NCBI GenBank assembly: GCA_973851085.1 | Contig: OZ316775.1 | Coordinates: 9,796,001-9,860,000, forward strand | DNA: 64,000 nt | Origin: Ptychomitrium polyphyllum | Taxonomy: Eukaryota | Reading direction: 5' to 3' | Shown here: positions 12,781 through 26,094 of the stretch, piece after piece | Numbering within the stretch: position 1 is the stretch's first letter | Layout of the letters: every line of letters begins with the position of its first letter | Position numbers and translations under genes: made by a program | The notes under the pieces: generated by a model | What the model was told of the DNA's origin: nothing | The model's input: only the letters and a program-made list of their open reading frames with translations | Databases searched by the model: none

Positions 12781-15629
12781 CATGGCTGCCAAATTTTTCC
12801 ATATTAAAGGATTTTTTTGATTATTGAATTTTACCCAAAAGGAACCACTTTGAAGTTTTGAACTGACTCATTCAAGCATGGGGACATGAGCTTGGAAAGC
12901 ACTAAGTCTAGTGTTTACTTATTTGGCCCCTCATTCAATGGAGACATGAGGTGGCCTTTCAGGCATCAAAGTCATAGCAGCAATAGAATTGCGATTTTGT
13001 GATGAGGCAACTTTTGTACACTAAAAGCGTAGTTGGGCATGAGGACAGAGCAGGAACATGATCATCTCAAGCTCTAGATTTGTACTCATCCCAGTATGCA
13101 ATACACACTCACATGGACATGGTGAGTCCCAGTACCCTTCTAGGCAGCACCTTTTCCAACGATTCCATAACTGCTCTGTAAATAGGCCAGAGTCAAATTA
13201 CTTACACCATGAAAATTTCTTTGCTTATCCACATTAACTCATTCGTATACAATATTTGAATGTTGGTTAAATTTCTATGAGCCTTTACAGAAGTTGTAGT
13301 TTGAGGGTGATTAGTGCAATTGCACTACAAAGGGTGGAAGGGACCTTACGAACCACAGTTTAAGGAGCTACAGTTTAGGAAGCTGAATTCACATTATATG
13401 AAGCTTCTGTTCATCCTTATGGAACAGCATTGTCATACAATTTTCCATAATATATTGACATAACTCTGCAAATAGTAACAAATGGGTCAATTAAAGTCAT
13501 ACAATGGAACCTCTAAAAAATTGGAACCATGATTTTACCCCATTTGAAACATACATGGTGTTTTATGTAGACAGTGGCAAATTTATTTTGAAAATATCAC
13601 AATCACAAGGACAGACAATGCTAGAATGAGATAACCTGGTGATAGACTTCGAAAGTCTTCCCAACATCATTTTGAAATGCTACAACTGAACTTTAAGCAT
13701 ATAACTTTTAGCATTAAGGCAAGTGTTAGATTCTACTGCAAGCAGTCTAGACTGGAAGTAGACCTTTTGGAGGCCCTCAGCTGGTTTTCTTGGTTTTCTT
13801 TCTCCATCAGGCCCTGTGTACATTCCATCCACTAAATGTAGAACCCACCCGTACAGAGTTCCAGTGGTGGTCCTGGGCAAGCAGCTGCTGCAGAAGCATC
13901 GGCATGATCCAACAGTCATATTGCTTGATTACAAGTTGTACACAAACCATTTGGCCTTCTGAACGACACGTTGAAAAGTAGCAGATCTGTATCCACCACA
14001 CTGAGAAATGCGCCTAGGTATAGGTTATGCAATGCAATTTTACTGGAATGGACCGCCATTTGAGTGGGAGTCATATTGTATTATATGATCGAGATTGTGT
14101 TAAAAAGTGACTGATAAGGACTAGTTGGGTTCATGTTCAACCAATTTTTTTGTATTAAGGTATAAGCATTTTCAATGGGTTTGAGTAGCTTACTTTGATA
14201 TGACCAAAATTGATTTTGATGGAAATGGCATTTATTGTATTAAGTCATGTGGATACTAAGGATTATAGACAATCAGATTTTGATTATCTTATTCAAAAGG
14301 TAAATAGAATTGGACTTGAATTAGTGTTCATAAGATGTGTATTTGATGTTCAAAGGCCTTAGCCCATAATTATGGAAATTGATCTTACATTGGATGGTCC
14401 ATATGGCTATTATAGCCAATATAAAAATATTTTATTGTATTTTTTAAATATAATTATATAATTTGTGTATATAATTATATAACTACTTTTCTTTGTTAAA
14501 AAATATTGTGAAAAAACCTAAAATATTAATAACTAAAGTAAAGGCCATAGTGAATGCCTTCAATTGATGTCCACTATAAACAATCCAATTAAAAAAATAT
14601 TTTATCTTTTAATTTTATTGGAAAGTGCATTTAATTAGCTAAGCTTTGCAAAATGAGTTTAGATTCAAAAGACATTTTTCCAATAATCCAAATTGTACTT
14701 AAAAGTGGGGAGTTAGATTTTTGAATACATAATATAGACTTTTTTGGTTTTAATGAACCATTAAAGATCATAAGCAATATTTGTGAAAATGTCACATAAG
14801 CAAATATTGTGTTATAATGTCTTTATAAGTAAATTTTTATCACTTTATTGCACAATTACCAATGAATAACCAAAAAACATTGGATGCAAAAAAACCAAAT
14901 AAATGAAAGTTATGGTGATTAAAGAATGAATTAAACCATCTTTTGATTGCTTAAGCATTTAAAAGTTAAAATTAAAAAGTCCTAAAATAATTTTAGATAT
15001 GTTGACATATGATTGGCATTTATTATGAACAAGAAGCTTCAAATTGGGATTGTAATAGTTCAATAGAAGTGTGTCAATGAATTTTAACTTAATTTTTGAT
15101 TTCAAATCTATTGAAAAATGTAGAACCATTCCAAATACATAAATATTACAATGTAAGGCTAGTCACAATGAACGTATTAGACCTCTTAACATTAAAGCCT
15201 TTGTGATGGATAACTATTATAATTCTTAGGCTTTTATAAGTATTCATATTGTCCTTCAAATATAACATTGTATTCATAAAAATATCACATTGTATGTGCT
15301 GCTATTTTTAATTTTAATGAATAAATTATTAATCTACTCTTAAATCTTTATATGAAGAATGGTTTTCAAGTAAAGTCTTATTGGTATTTGTGTAAACATC
15401 ATTAATGAAATGTTCATAAATCATATGATCTTTTTACAAATATTGGGTTTACATGATTACACACCTAACAATATAAAAAGGTCCTTGAAGATATTTTGCA
15501 ATAAAAGGTTGTTCACAATATATTTAACAATATAAATAATATAAGAGGTTATAGTTTGTGTTGCATAAATAAACTTGCAAATAATAATTGTGGATTCAAA
15601 AAAATATCAACATTTAACTTATAATTTTT

Positions 15630-15862
15630 ATATCATTTATGCTACTCCATTTTGATATCATTTTGATTCAAGTCATAATAATGTCATTTTAACAACTTTT
15701 AAATCTATGTCATTTTGAATGTTATTGTGGTGTTATTTTGATGCCCTCTTTACCACTGTCAGTGATGTTAACATGACAACAAATCAATGTGGGATATGAC
15801 ACACATTCATTTCGACGTCAACCCATGTGAAAATGACACAATATAGATTTTCTCATGTGTGC
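15630..15862 (-). mobile_element. Probable decayed DNA-transposon end (CACTA-like subterminal repeats), related to 24838-25060
   Basis: Multiple TGTCATTTT/TATCATTTT motifs; the minus strand begins CACACATGAGAAAATC; 15798-15812 is an exact reverse complement of 24890-24904. Confidence 0.4.
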
Positions 15863-18800
15863 TACTGGATGATAATTGACAACAATTTGGAGATCACAAT
15901 CATTGATTACTGGTGATGAGTGTCTGAGCAACTCATATGTTCTGTGCAGCAAGAAGTTGGCTCAGCAGTAAAACTTGTAGTTTAACTCACTACTACATAT
16001 TATTGTGTTCCCAGTGGTAGAATCCAGATCCTATGTCCCAGGTATTGTAAATTTGGGGGCTTTTAAACATCCTCCAAATTGTAACGTTGTAGCTTGACAA
16101 TAAGATTTTCCTTGTATTTTTCTTTAAATTTTCATTATTTAGCACAATTATAGTTTAAAACAGTTTTGCCTTCTACATATTTATATGTGGTATCATTTTC
16201 CTAAACCTAATAAAATACACAAATCTACAACATAAATTACTGAAATAACCCACTCTATTCGCATAGAATCAGTGAAGTTAACATTTTTAGATTTAAAATT
16301 ATGATAAAAACCAAAATATTGTTGAAGGTGATCATATTTTCTAATCTGCTACTGCAGCTCGAAGTGAGTTCAAGCTTTCTTGACAGTAGCAGTCAGAGCT
16401 TCATTTATGTTACGGAACCAGGTTTCTAGAAGTAAAGGATTCCAGTTATCTTCGTGTGCCTCAGAGTTTCGAGCTTTGTATATATGTAGTGGGTAACTAG
16501 AAATTCTCCACAACAAATTCTAATTGTAAGTATCGGTCACTACGCATTACCACGGAATAATTGAACACAAGTTAAGAGTCTTACGACCAGTCAGTTCGCA
16601 ATAGAACGTTTTCATACCATTACCTGATTGTGTAAGTAGAACGACAGGAATCAAGTACATCATCAGAGTTTACATCATCATTGTTCAAAAGACCTTATCA
16701 ACCAGTAACAAATTCAGATGAATTTAAAGTAATCCAGAAATTTTTGGTTCTGTTTGCAGGAACCAACATCATATTAACTTACATAATCGTTCACAACATT
16801 GGAAGAGAACGGAGAGATCGTTCTCTGCTCATTATTCGAACGCCTTCAATTATTACTGCAATACCTGCAGACGTAACAACCTAGACTAATCTTCTGTTCG
16901 GCGTCCACAGCAAGAAGCCGACCAAGAGGTTTCAGATGATGACCAGCTAATTCTGGGCAGTTGCAGGGTGTAACCTCAAGCAGATTTTTCAAATGAAGTC
17001 GCCAGCAAGTGGGCAACCGACCACATAGGTTCACGTCAGCCTGATTCCTCAACAACTACAGTGGATGTAGATATAGCACAATAGCAGCCATAGGAAAAAT
17101 TGAGCCTTGAAGTAGAAGGGAACACCAATAACAACTTGTCAAGCCAAGTGTTATACCAATACAGGCCAAACAAGGACATTAGTTGAAATGTTCACTCTGA
17201 ACAAGTTCTCACTTATTGATCCATCTGATCCTTTGACATCCCGGGAAGGTGGTGCTACGTACAGATGGAGGTCCTATGATTTTATGTGATTTATTGGATT
17301 AATATGTGAAGTACTCGGAATTGATATTATATGTGGAAAAAACAGTACACCCAATCGAAAACGTAGAGAGCATAATTCTTTAAGGAACGCTACGCTGTAA
17401 AATCCTCAGAACTCTCTAAAATCGATCATGAACTAACTCTGGTACTGTAGGCACAATATTCTGCAGAGAATTACAAGCGAACCACTAAAACTTCTCGACA
17501 TCCTCACTAAAACTCTCGCGAACCTCTTTCAAACCGAGCGTGATGACTGGCAAACCGAGAATGGTCGGTGCACTTAATACGACGAAACAATCAGTGTGGA
17601 AGGTAGACTGTTGCGAGGATCTTGTACACAACCGACCTATTTGAAAAGTACAAAACCCTACGACAATCTCGTCATACTGCATCTCCCAAACGAGATAGGG
17701 AGTGGTAACAGTAGGATACATGCTCCACTCTCTGGAAACACCCTAAACTACCCCAAATAAATAGAAAATTTACTTAAAATCTTTCAATGTAGGGTACTGC
17801 GCCAGCCATATTCTGTAGAATACTGGAATTCTACCTTCTAGTGGAATGCTGTCCGTCCTGTCACCTTGTTTTCAAGTATAAATCATCAGGCTGCAGCCAT
17901 AACACAGTCACACAGGTTAGTGGTGTTGTCAACATCTCTGTGAACATTGTAGTACCAAAGGCATAGGCACCGAAGCTAGTGCAGTACGAGACTGTCCTAA
18001 GGTAGGCAGCTAGTCAATTCCTCATTAACATTCTGCTGCACAACTGTCCGGACAGTAAGTGACTTGGATGCCTCTTCCTACTACGGCCTGGATACTTGCC
18101 CAATCATCAAAATATTTCTAGTAGATGACAATTGTGGACGGAGCAGCAGACATTGAGCACCAAACAGACGAATAAAGCAACATAAACATTCTATTTTTTC
18201 TATTTAAAAATACTGCATCCAAAACAACGATTCACAGATTGGAAAGTTGGTAAGCAATTACTGGTTCCTGAAATCAGCACTCGCACTTTGCTGAAACTAT
18301 TTGAAGATTCTCAGCCGGCGTTGACAGCCTAATCCACACACCATGATTGAGTGGGACGTTATTTAGGGACGTATCGTGTCGGCTGCAAATATATTTCGAT
18401 TCAGTTAAAGAGAGTATATTGTTCATCCTTATTTTTCTGTTAGCCTCCAGCCATCGGCTGCATGTTCGACATGAATAGAAAAAATTGTGGGAATCGTCTT
18501 ATTCCGAATCACCTTCGTGGCGCTCTAAAGACTCCCCAAACTGCGCATTTCGCTGCATGATAGATACCTGAATTAGAACCACACACACTGCGCGAACACA
18601 TCTTGATACAAAAAATGCTATAGAGATGTATTTCGCTCTCCGAAATTAATTTGTAATGTTGGCCTTAAATCATAACACTCACGCTTTTCCAAACGTCTTT
18701 CCACACGTCCTTATTGGATGGCAACTTCGTCGGAGATTGAGGGCTAGATCAGCATTGCTGATGTATATCCAGCTACAACGCCACATTTCTGCATAAGTCA

Positions 18801-21800
18801 CCTCACCAGTATGCGAGGATGCACACAATTAAACAAAGCAATCCAGCGGAAGGTCGCTGAGTACGGCAGTACTGTGTCATCCCACTAATACAATCCAGCT
18901 TCGCATTTTGGTGCAGGTGCAGATGCAGATGTGTGGAGTTGCAACTATGAGGTTGTAATATACAGTAGGTGTAACACTAGTCAGGTCATCCAAGGGTTTA
19001 ACAATCGATGAAACGGAGCAAACTGTAAGCTCCGAAAGTGCCGCTAAGTGAGCTGCAATGTAACACGTCTGCATAAGCACTGCACCATCGCAATGTGAGC
19101 AACTCCCTTTTGTCTTGTGCAAGGGAACACCATTCGAAAACGCTGATCATCGAGTGCATGATATTGCAGGACAGGTCATCACTATCACACGGTGGTGCAG
19201 GTGCAGATGCAGATACATTACATTGCAGCAGATAAGTTAGAGCGTGTAGAGCGTGTCAGAGTTTTACATTTCCATGCTTACCCAGTGATAGCATGAAACC
19301 CGTCATGGAACAAAATATCAGGAAAGGCAGCCTCCTAAATAAACTATGGTGCCAGTAATTCAATTCGACAAATGCTTGGTGATAGAAAAGAGTTCTTATG
19401 TACCACTAAATCAAAGAAGGGCATTACTTTTCCAGCAGCACAAGCATTGGAAAAATGGCCCAGACGCAGGCTATAGAGAAAGAGAAGGGTTGAGCCCCGC
19501 TAGTCTCTGGAATGGAAGGGAGGGGATACGATGCTAATAATGGCAAAGAGAGTTGCCAGATTGCAAGAACTACGCAATTTGAGTTGAATTAGAAGCAGAC
19601 TAGCAACTCGCGTAGGGAAGCTGATGAAATATGACGGATAAAATCTTCCTGACTCGCAACTAGACGTGAACATGAGGCTAGAAATAATTACACAGAACAC
19701 TATAATCCATGACCTGAGGGTGGCCAACTGGATGAGACTAATGAAGCGTAATCTTGCACCAGTGACTGAGATAAGTCATGGTGCGACACATCTCTCACAC
19801 ACGCAAGTGACAACGACACGTGAACTAGCATACTAAGTGCACCGAGCGAGCGGGCAACCAAGTCACCAACATAACGAAGTTCCGAATAGTGCAGGTGGGC
19901 TAGGGGGCCTGAAGAGTAGATCCTCTCGTTCGGGAAAAGGAGAGCGAAGTGGCAACTCTTGCCACTTGAACCCATGTGCCTGTGAGACGGAGGAACCCCA
20001 CGGAGAGAGGGGAGCCGGCCATATAGGTGAGCTGTGAACGACGACACCGAATGGCGGTAGGAGACTGCCTTCCAAGTTGAGAGAGGACCAGTGAAGATGA
20101 GAGAATTGTGAAAGCTTCTAATTGGAGAGCCGTATATAAAGAGAACGAGACGGCAAGGTGTGATGATTACAGTCCTAGCCGCGACTTGCGACTCCCAGAC
20201 GGACACTTAAAAAACAGGGCCCACATCTATCTCTGCCCCGGCGATTGTAAGCCTCGATTACCACGACAGCATCAACGACGTCCCATAGCGCTTTTCATTT
20301 TCAGCCAGCACCTGTGCTCTTTCCGACCTTCCTCAAAAGGCTCAGGTTCTAAGTCGCTTCATTCCCTTTTCACTGATTACTCGTATGCAGCTGGAAGTTG
20401 CATTCGCTTGGTTCGCTGCATGTGGCGCAGCAATATCCACATTCACCCTATCGCAACAGCAGCAAAGGTTTGGCTAGGTGGAAAAGCAGGAGCAAATGAC
20501 GGACTTAGCTGCCTTGAGACGCGGCCACAATAACGAAGGCAACGCTGATTGGCGCCAGGCTAATGGCGCAGTTGGCTGGCCTGCAATTGGGCAACGTCGT
20601 CGCTAGTCCGACGAATGATCGATTAGAGAAGAAAAGGGCAACGCGGAGCCAGTTGCGGATGGCGGGGGTGCTTGAATTCTGCGGAAAGATCATTGCGGTT
20701 CAAAAGACGACGACACCCTCGAGAGCGACGAGTTTACCTTAAATTAGACTCTACAGAGAGAAAGAGAGAGAAAAAGAGAAATTGTGCAACACCCCAGGCT
20801 TGGAAAAGGCCCGCCGGCAGCTTCTCGACCAGCTCCCGCCCCAACGGCGCTGGCCCCTCCCTTGGGGGCCCTTTCGACTTCTGCGCTTTCGGATGAAGTC
20901 CCACCTCGCCCAACCATGGCTTGTTGCCCCAGTCTCATTAATCCGGCACCCGGGTTCATAGTCCCCGCTACACTAGTTGCTAATTGCGTCTCCCGGCCAA
21001 CTGTTAGGTACATGGAACCACGCTTTTGGGTTGTGCACATGTGCTTCAGCTAATCCGGCTTTTAGTTTGAATCTCTTTCAGGACATGCCAAACGTCTGAT
21101 TTGTGACCTTTGGACTTTTTGTCAAATTTATGAATAAGGCGTTTAGGATGAGTTTTGCCTCCCCTACCTCCAACCATTGCTCTTCAACTTTAAAGTAAAG
21201 CACATGGCCATTGTAATGGAACAAAACAACAATTTCTTGAACTATAATAGTTTACATAAACCTAGCTCAGTTCAAGCTGAATTGCATATCTTATAAAGTA
21301 TTTAATTACAAATTTAATTGCTTTTGGTTATTATGGCTCATCTATTAGCAAGAAACATGCAATATAACTTCAAAAACATGACAATTATCTTTGACAACTT
21401 TAACCTTTTATAAATCAATTTCATCTTTGAGACTATTTTGAAATTTTGGAATTTTCTATGGCAATGAATATAATGTTTTGTGATGCTAAATAATAAGGCA
21501 CATTCAAATAATGTAAATAAGAGTGTTGAGATCCATAGCCATGCTTAAAAAAAAATATTGTTGATCCTCTCTAAAATCAAGAGTGGCTATAGTACTTAAC
21601 CATGGCTTGTTCATCCTTCCTTGCATTAGGTTCCTTGTGAGTTCAAGAATTAGAATTCCAAATCATGCCCACTCTACATGTCTAAAGTGCAAAAGACCTT
21701 AGACATGTCAAAATGTTAACAATAGACCACAAGGTGCCTCTACTTTGTTGAATAAGGCAAGAAAAAACTCATTATTCTTGGAAACAATTAAAAAAACCTA

Positions 21801-24800
21801 ATTATTATTTAAATTTTCAACTATTTTGCATCCAATGGATTGAATGATTTTAAAAAGTGCTATTGTAAGCACATGAAATAAAGCCAAGTTTGATCAAAAC
21901 CAATTGATTTTATGTGCATAAGGACCAAACATTGCAATAGCCACAAAGGTTGGAGAATTAAAGAGTTGATGAATACACTATCACTCATCTTCAATCATTG
22001 GTTATGTATATTCTAATAGAGGCACATTCTTAAATGTGAGCTTTGGCAAAGTAGGTTGGTAAACAAACTAATAGTTTATAACCCACATTAAATCTACAAA
22101 TAGACTTGCATAAGGATTATTAAAATTCCAATTGTTGTTGGCACATGAATGGCTTTTGTAAGCTATTTGGAAATGAATAAGTAAATATGGTCCCACATTG
22201 TCAAATCCTCATCACTAAAGAAAGTGACATCTCAAGGAAATTGGCCAAAATAATAGCAAATGGCAAGAAGAGATAATTGCTTGAGATATAAAACTAACAA
22301 CCTTTGGAGGTGATGTTGAGTTACTTATTTTTATATCAATCCAATATCCATTTAAATTTATTGTATGACCTTGAGTTAAAACTTCAAAGTTTTTGCCAAA
22401 GTAAATAAAATAAGGGCAAGAAAAAGTAAATAAAATAATATAGTTGGCCCTTCAAATTTTTTTAGTAAAGTCATTATTTCTTAGCATTAATGAAATAATC
22501 ATGTTTGTGTATACTACAATAGAAATGGATCTATGCAATGTTGTATACCGATGATATTAATGCTTGTTAGAAGAAAATGATTCAATACAAAATTTAGAAA
22601 TAAAAAATTTAATCTTTTCTTTAAAAAAAATTACAAAATTCAAAGTATTTACAAGCTATTAGTACTTGCTTACAATAGATGGTTATAAGTTATAAAACCT
22701 AATAATAATGAAAATAAAATGGCATTAAAAGTTTTAGGTGTACAAGTTGCATTTTTCATATTTACTTTATTTTGTTTAAAATTTAAAGTTTTCCTTCTTT
22801 ATATATTTCAATAGAATTAGATATGGAAGAAAAATAGAATAAATATAATTTAACAACTCCAAAACTGAAAAATCTTAGATTTTTTGCTAAGTGAGGAAAG
22901 AAGAAATTATAATGTATTAAATAAGTTATCTCTAACTCTACAAGAAAATAATCTAAAGTGGAAGTGTACAAATAAATTAAAAGCTTTATTGAATGGTTGC
23001 ACCATCATCTTCAAGCAAATCTTACAAAAAGTCTTTTTTTTAAACTACAGTCACAAAAATTTGATTTGACAAAGAATACTAGGCCAAAAAAGCTTTTCCA
23101 CCTAATAATCTCTTTAAGCTCTAATTGGCACGATCAAGACCAATTAACATGAAGTTTATATTAAATGAATGGAAAACTTCTTAAAAATAATTATATTGCA
23201 TCATTCTAGTATGGCTTGGCATTTGATGCCATGTCATGCAATATCTTGAAATTTAATACATATACACAAAATCTTTGATTTCTAATTTCTAAAATAAAAA
23301 TTGAATTAATTATGAACTTTTAAAGTACATTTTTGCAAAATTTCATAAAATACTAATAAAATAACCTCACAAATCATCACTTTATGTATATGTACTCATT
23401 TAAATTTAATACATTTTAAATACAATAAATAATATTAGTATGTTTTAAAATAAGTTTTTTTGGAATTTTATGTTAAAATGGATTTTAGGAATTAACATAA
23501 ATTTCAATATCTTTTAATTACAATAATTACAATTAACAATTCATCATTGAACTTTCTACATATCAAGATTTATTATTGCGTTTTAGTTATTTTTATGGTA
23601 TTGCGCATTTTTGTTATAGTTTGTAGGCATTGAAAGTGTTCATTCTTAAAAAGAAAATATAATCCATACCATAATTTTATGCCTTTTAGATATAGTTTAA
23701 AGATAGAACAAACAAACATTATTTTTATAGCATCTTAAATTCTTAAAAATATTGTGTGCATTAAAAATATTGTATACATGTGCATTTACTACAAAGCCAT
23801 GTAAAAGATTTCCTAAATCTATGGCTTTAAGAAACTGATCATAAATGCAAGTTCAAATTAAGATGAAAAACCATTTTAACTTGATGGAATACAATTTTTA
23901 CATTTGTTATAAATTCCTAACAACTTGTTGAAATTGAAAGTATCAAAATTTTGAATATGAAAACAAATGCATTTCACATCGTAAAATAGAAGAACGTCTA
24001 AAACATATAGATAGTAGTTAATATTCTACCTAGTTTGGTTGTAATTTTAAGTTTTATGTGGTCTTTTAATACTAAAAGGCATTTATTTTCATGAAGAAGC
24101 TATCTATATTCTATTAGAGACCATCACATTATATCACAAGGTTTGGCAATATTTAAAAAGACAAAAACAAGTGGAATTTTAGGTGGAAAATTTTTAAGTA
24201 GTTTTTGAGGTGGATGAAATAAGAGTTAGGAAAAATATTATTTGAAAGTTAACAAAGACTCTTGAAGATTCAAGTAAAATCTCTTTGAAAGTTTTTAGAT
24301 AAGACATATTTTCATGCACATTCAAACTCTTTAATTAGATGGAATTGGTTCATGAAACATTTCTTAAATGACAAGCAACTTAGATTTAAAAACATAGATG
24401 TGCAAATTGTTTGTAATTTATTTAACTCCAAGGACAAGGCATTACAAACTCCTTAATTCCAAGTTTTCAAGACGTACATAAAGTTGAACATTCAAAGAAA
24501 GAGTTAAATGATATTTAGATTTTATTCATCATCATGCATGGCCATCTACTTAAAAATGTTTTTGTCCCACTTGGATTCTAATCAAAATTTTCATGATGTG
24601 AACCAAATCCATACTGTTCATATTGAGTCTAAATTGTCATGCAACCGTATGTTCAAGAAAAGCATTGTCAGAAAACACGGAATTGGGTAAATGACTTTCC
24701 ATGCCTAACCCAATGTTATTTCAGACCACTGTGCTTCATGAATGTAGAGCATGTCTGGCTCATTCTTTTAATTCATTCATAAGCCGGGGTGTGGTATAGA

Positions 24801-24837
24801 AGTCAACTATGTGGAGGATTTGTGAATGTCTCAAAAA

Positions 24838-25060
24838 TCACAGAACAATCATAAGTTTTTGTGTCATATTGTCATAGGTGACAATATAAAAATGAATGTG
24901 TGTCCTGCCCATTATAGTGCTGAGTCAGCTTGCCAAAGTAAACACATTAAAATGACTTAGGTTAAAATGATATCAAAATAACGTTAGGCTTAAAAGCTCT
25001 AAAAATTCTGTTGACAAAATTTTCAAAGTGACATAGGTTTAAATGATATGGAAATGATAT
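24838..25060 (+). mobile_element. Probable decayed DNA-transposon end, inverted relative of 15630-15862
   Basis: TTGTGTCAT...AAATGAATGTGTGTC followed by repeated AAAATGA(C/T) motifs, collinear with the reverse complement of ~15650-15850. Confidence 0.4.
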
Positions 25061-26008
25061 AAAGTATTATTTTGATGTAATTTCATTATCAATTTTACCA
25101 GTATTATTTTGATATTTTGAAAATTTATAAAAAATTTATTATATACCCAACTTTCATGTAGTTTTTCAACAACTTAAAAAAAAGATAGTATTATACATTC
25201 AAATGATTTTTGTTTATATTGTTAAGGGGGGATCCACAAGGCACTCATTCTTAAAGAACATCTCATGCACGTCATTTACTGTTTGTAAAATCTATAAATT
25301 CTTTAGTAATGTAATCATGGAAATCAAATATTAGCCCCTCTGCATGTTCCATTCAGTACTTTATAACTCTATTATCAAGCACAGTTCAAACTTTGATAAG
25401 CAGATCGCCTCTAATGGATACAATTTCTTAAGGATAATTCCAGTAAAATGTTGTGATAAAAAGAATGGATCCACCATAAGACAAACAGGGGCTCTAAGAT
25501 ATGGTCCCAGTCACATAATGACTTGAGATGAAGAATGCTTTGGCCCAATTCAAACCGGCCTTGACCTGTGTACACATGATGATTTGGAGGTTCTGAGATT
25601 GTCAATACATAGGATGCAAAGTGGAATGCAAAAGCTCAGTGAGCTTGAACAATGTCTTCTATGGTATGTGGAGGATAAACCTTTCAAAACAGATGTGGGG
25701 TGAATTGCAAGGGTTACACCAGCTTTCAGAAATTGCATATGGGTTAGTTCCAATAATAATGGTATATGATATCAACTAAGTTGTCGTGGTAAATTAATTT
25801 TTTGGATTATTTAATTCATTATAATCCATAAAGTGCCTCATTGTTTTGTAAAAAAATATTGTTTAAATTTAATATTAGTCATATTAATCCAACAATTTAC
25901 ATTTAATATCATAGAAAGATAATTCAAAATTGGTGATGCTAAATACCAATTTTAGTGTATGCTTATAGCAAAGTATTTGCTATTACAAGGTAGACCTCAA
26001 AGACACTT

Positions 26009-26094
26009 AAAAGTGACTAGGATCCAAAATTGCCAGTTGATAAGTAAATTACTATTGTTCAATATATGAGTGATTATGGATCCTAGTCACTTTT
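26009..26094. repeat. Perfect 18-bp inverted repeat with 50-bp spacer
   Basis: AAAAGTGACTAGGATCCA (26009-26026) and TGGATCCTAGTCACTTTT (26077-26094). Confidence 0.85.

Noticed and set aside
12569..12802. ORF with KGYVDIIL repeats, or a CRISPR-like array
   Set aside because: Head-to-tail identical 24-mers without spacers, no cas genes, eukaryotic context; the ORF is open only because the unit is a stop-free multiple of three.
19990..20160. GAGCCG/GAGCTG motifs suggesting group II intron domain V (organellar insertion)
   Set aside because: The flanking sequence does not fold into the 34-nt domain V hairpin, and no organellar genes are nearby.
20898..20908. GTCCCACCTCG resembling the plant snRNA upstream sequence element
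   Set aside because: No TATA box at the expected spacing and no recognisable snRNA, SRP, MRP or telomerase RNA downstream.
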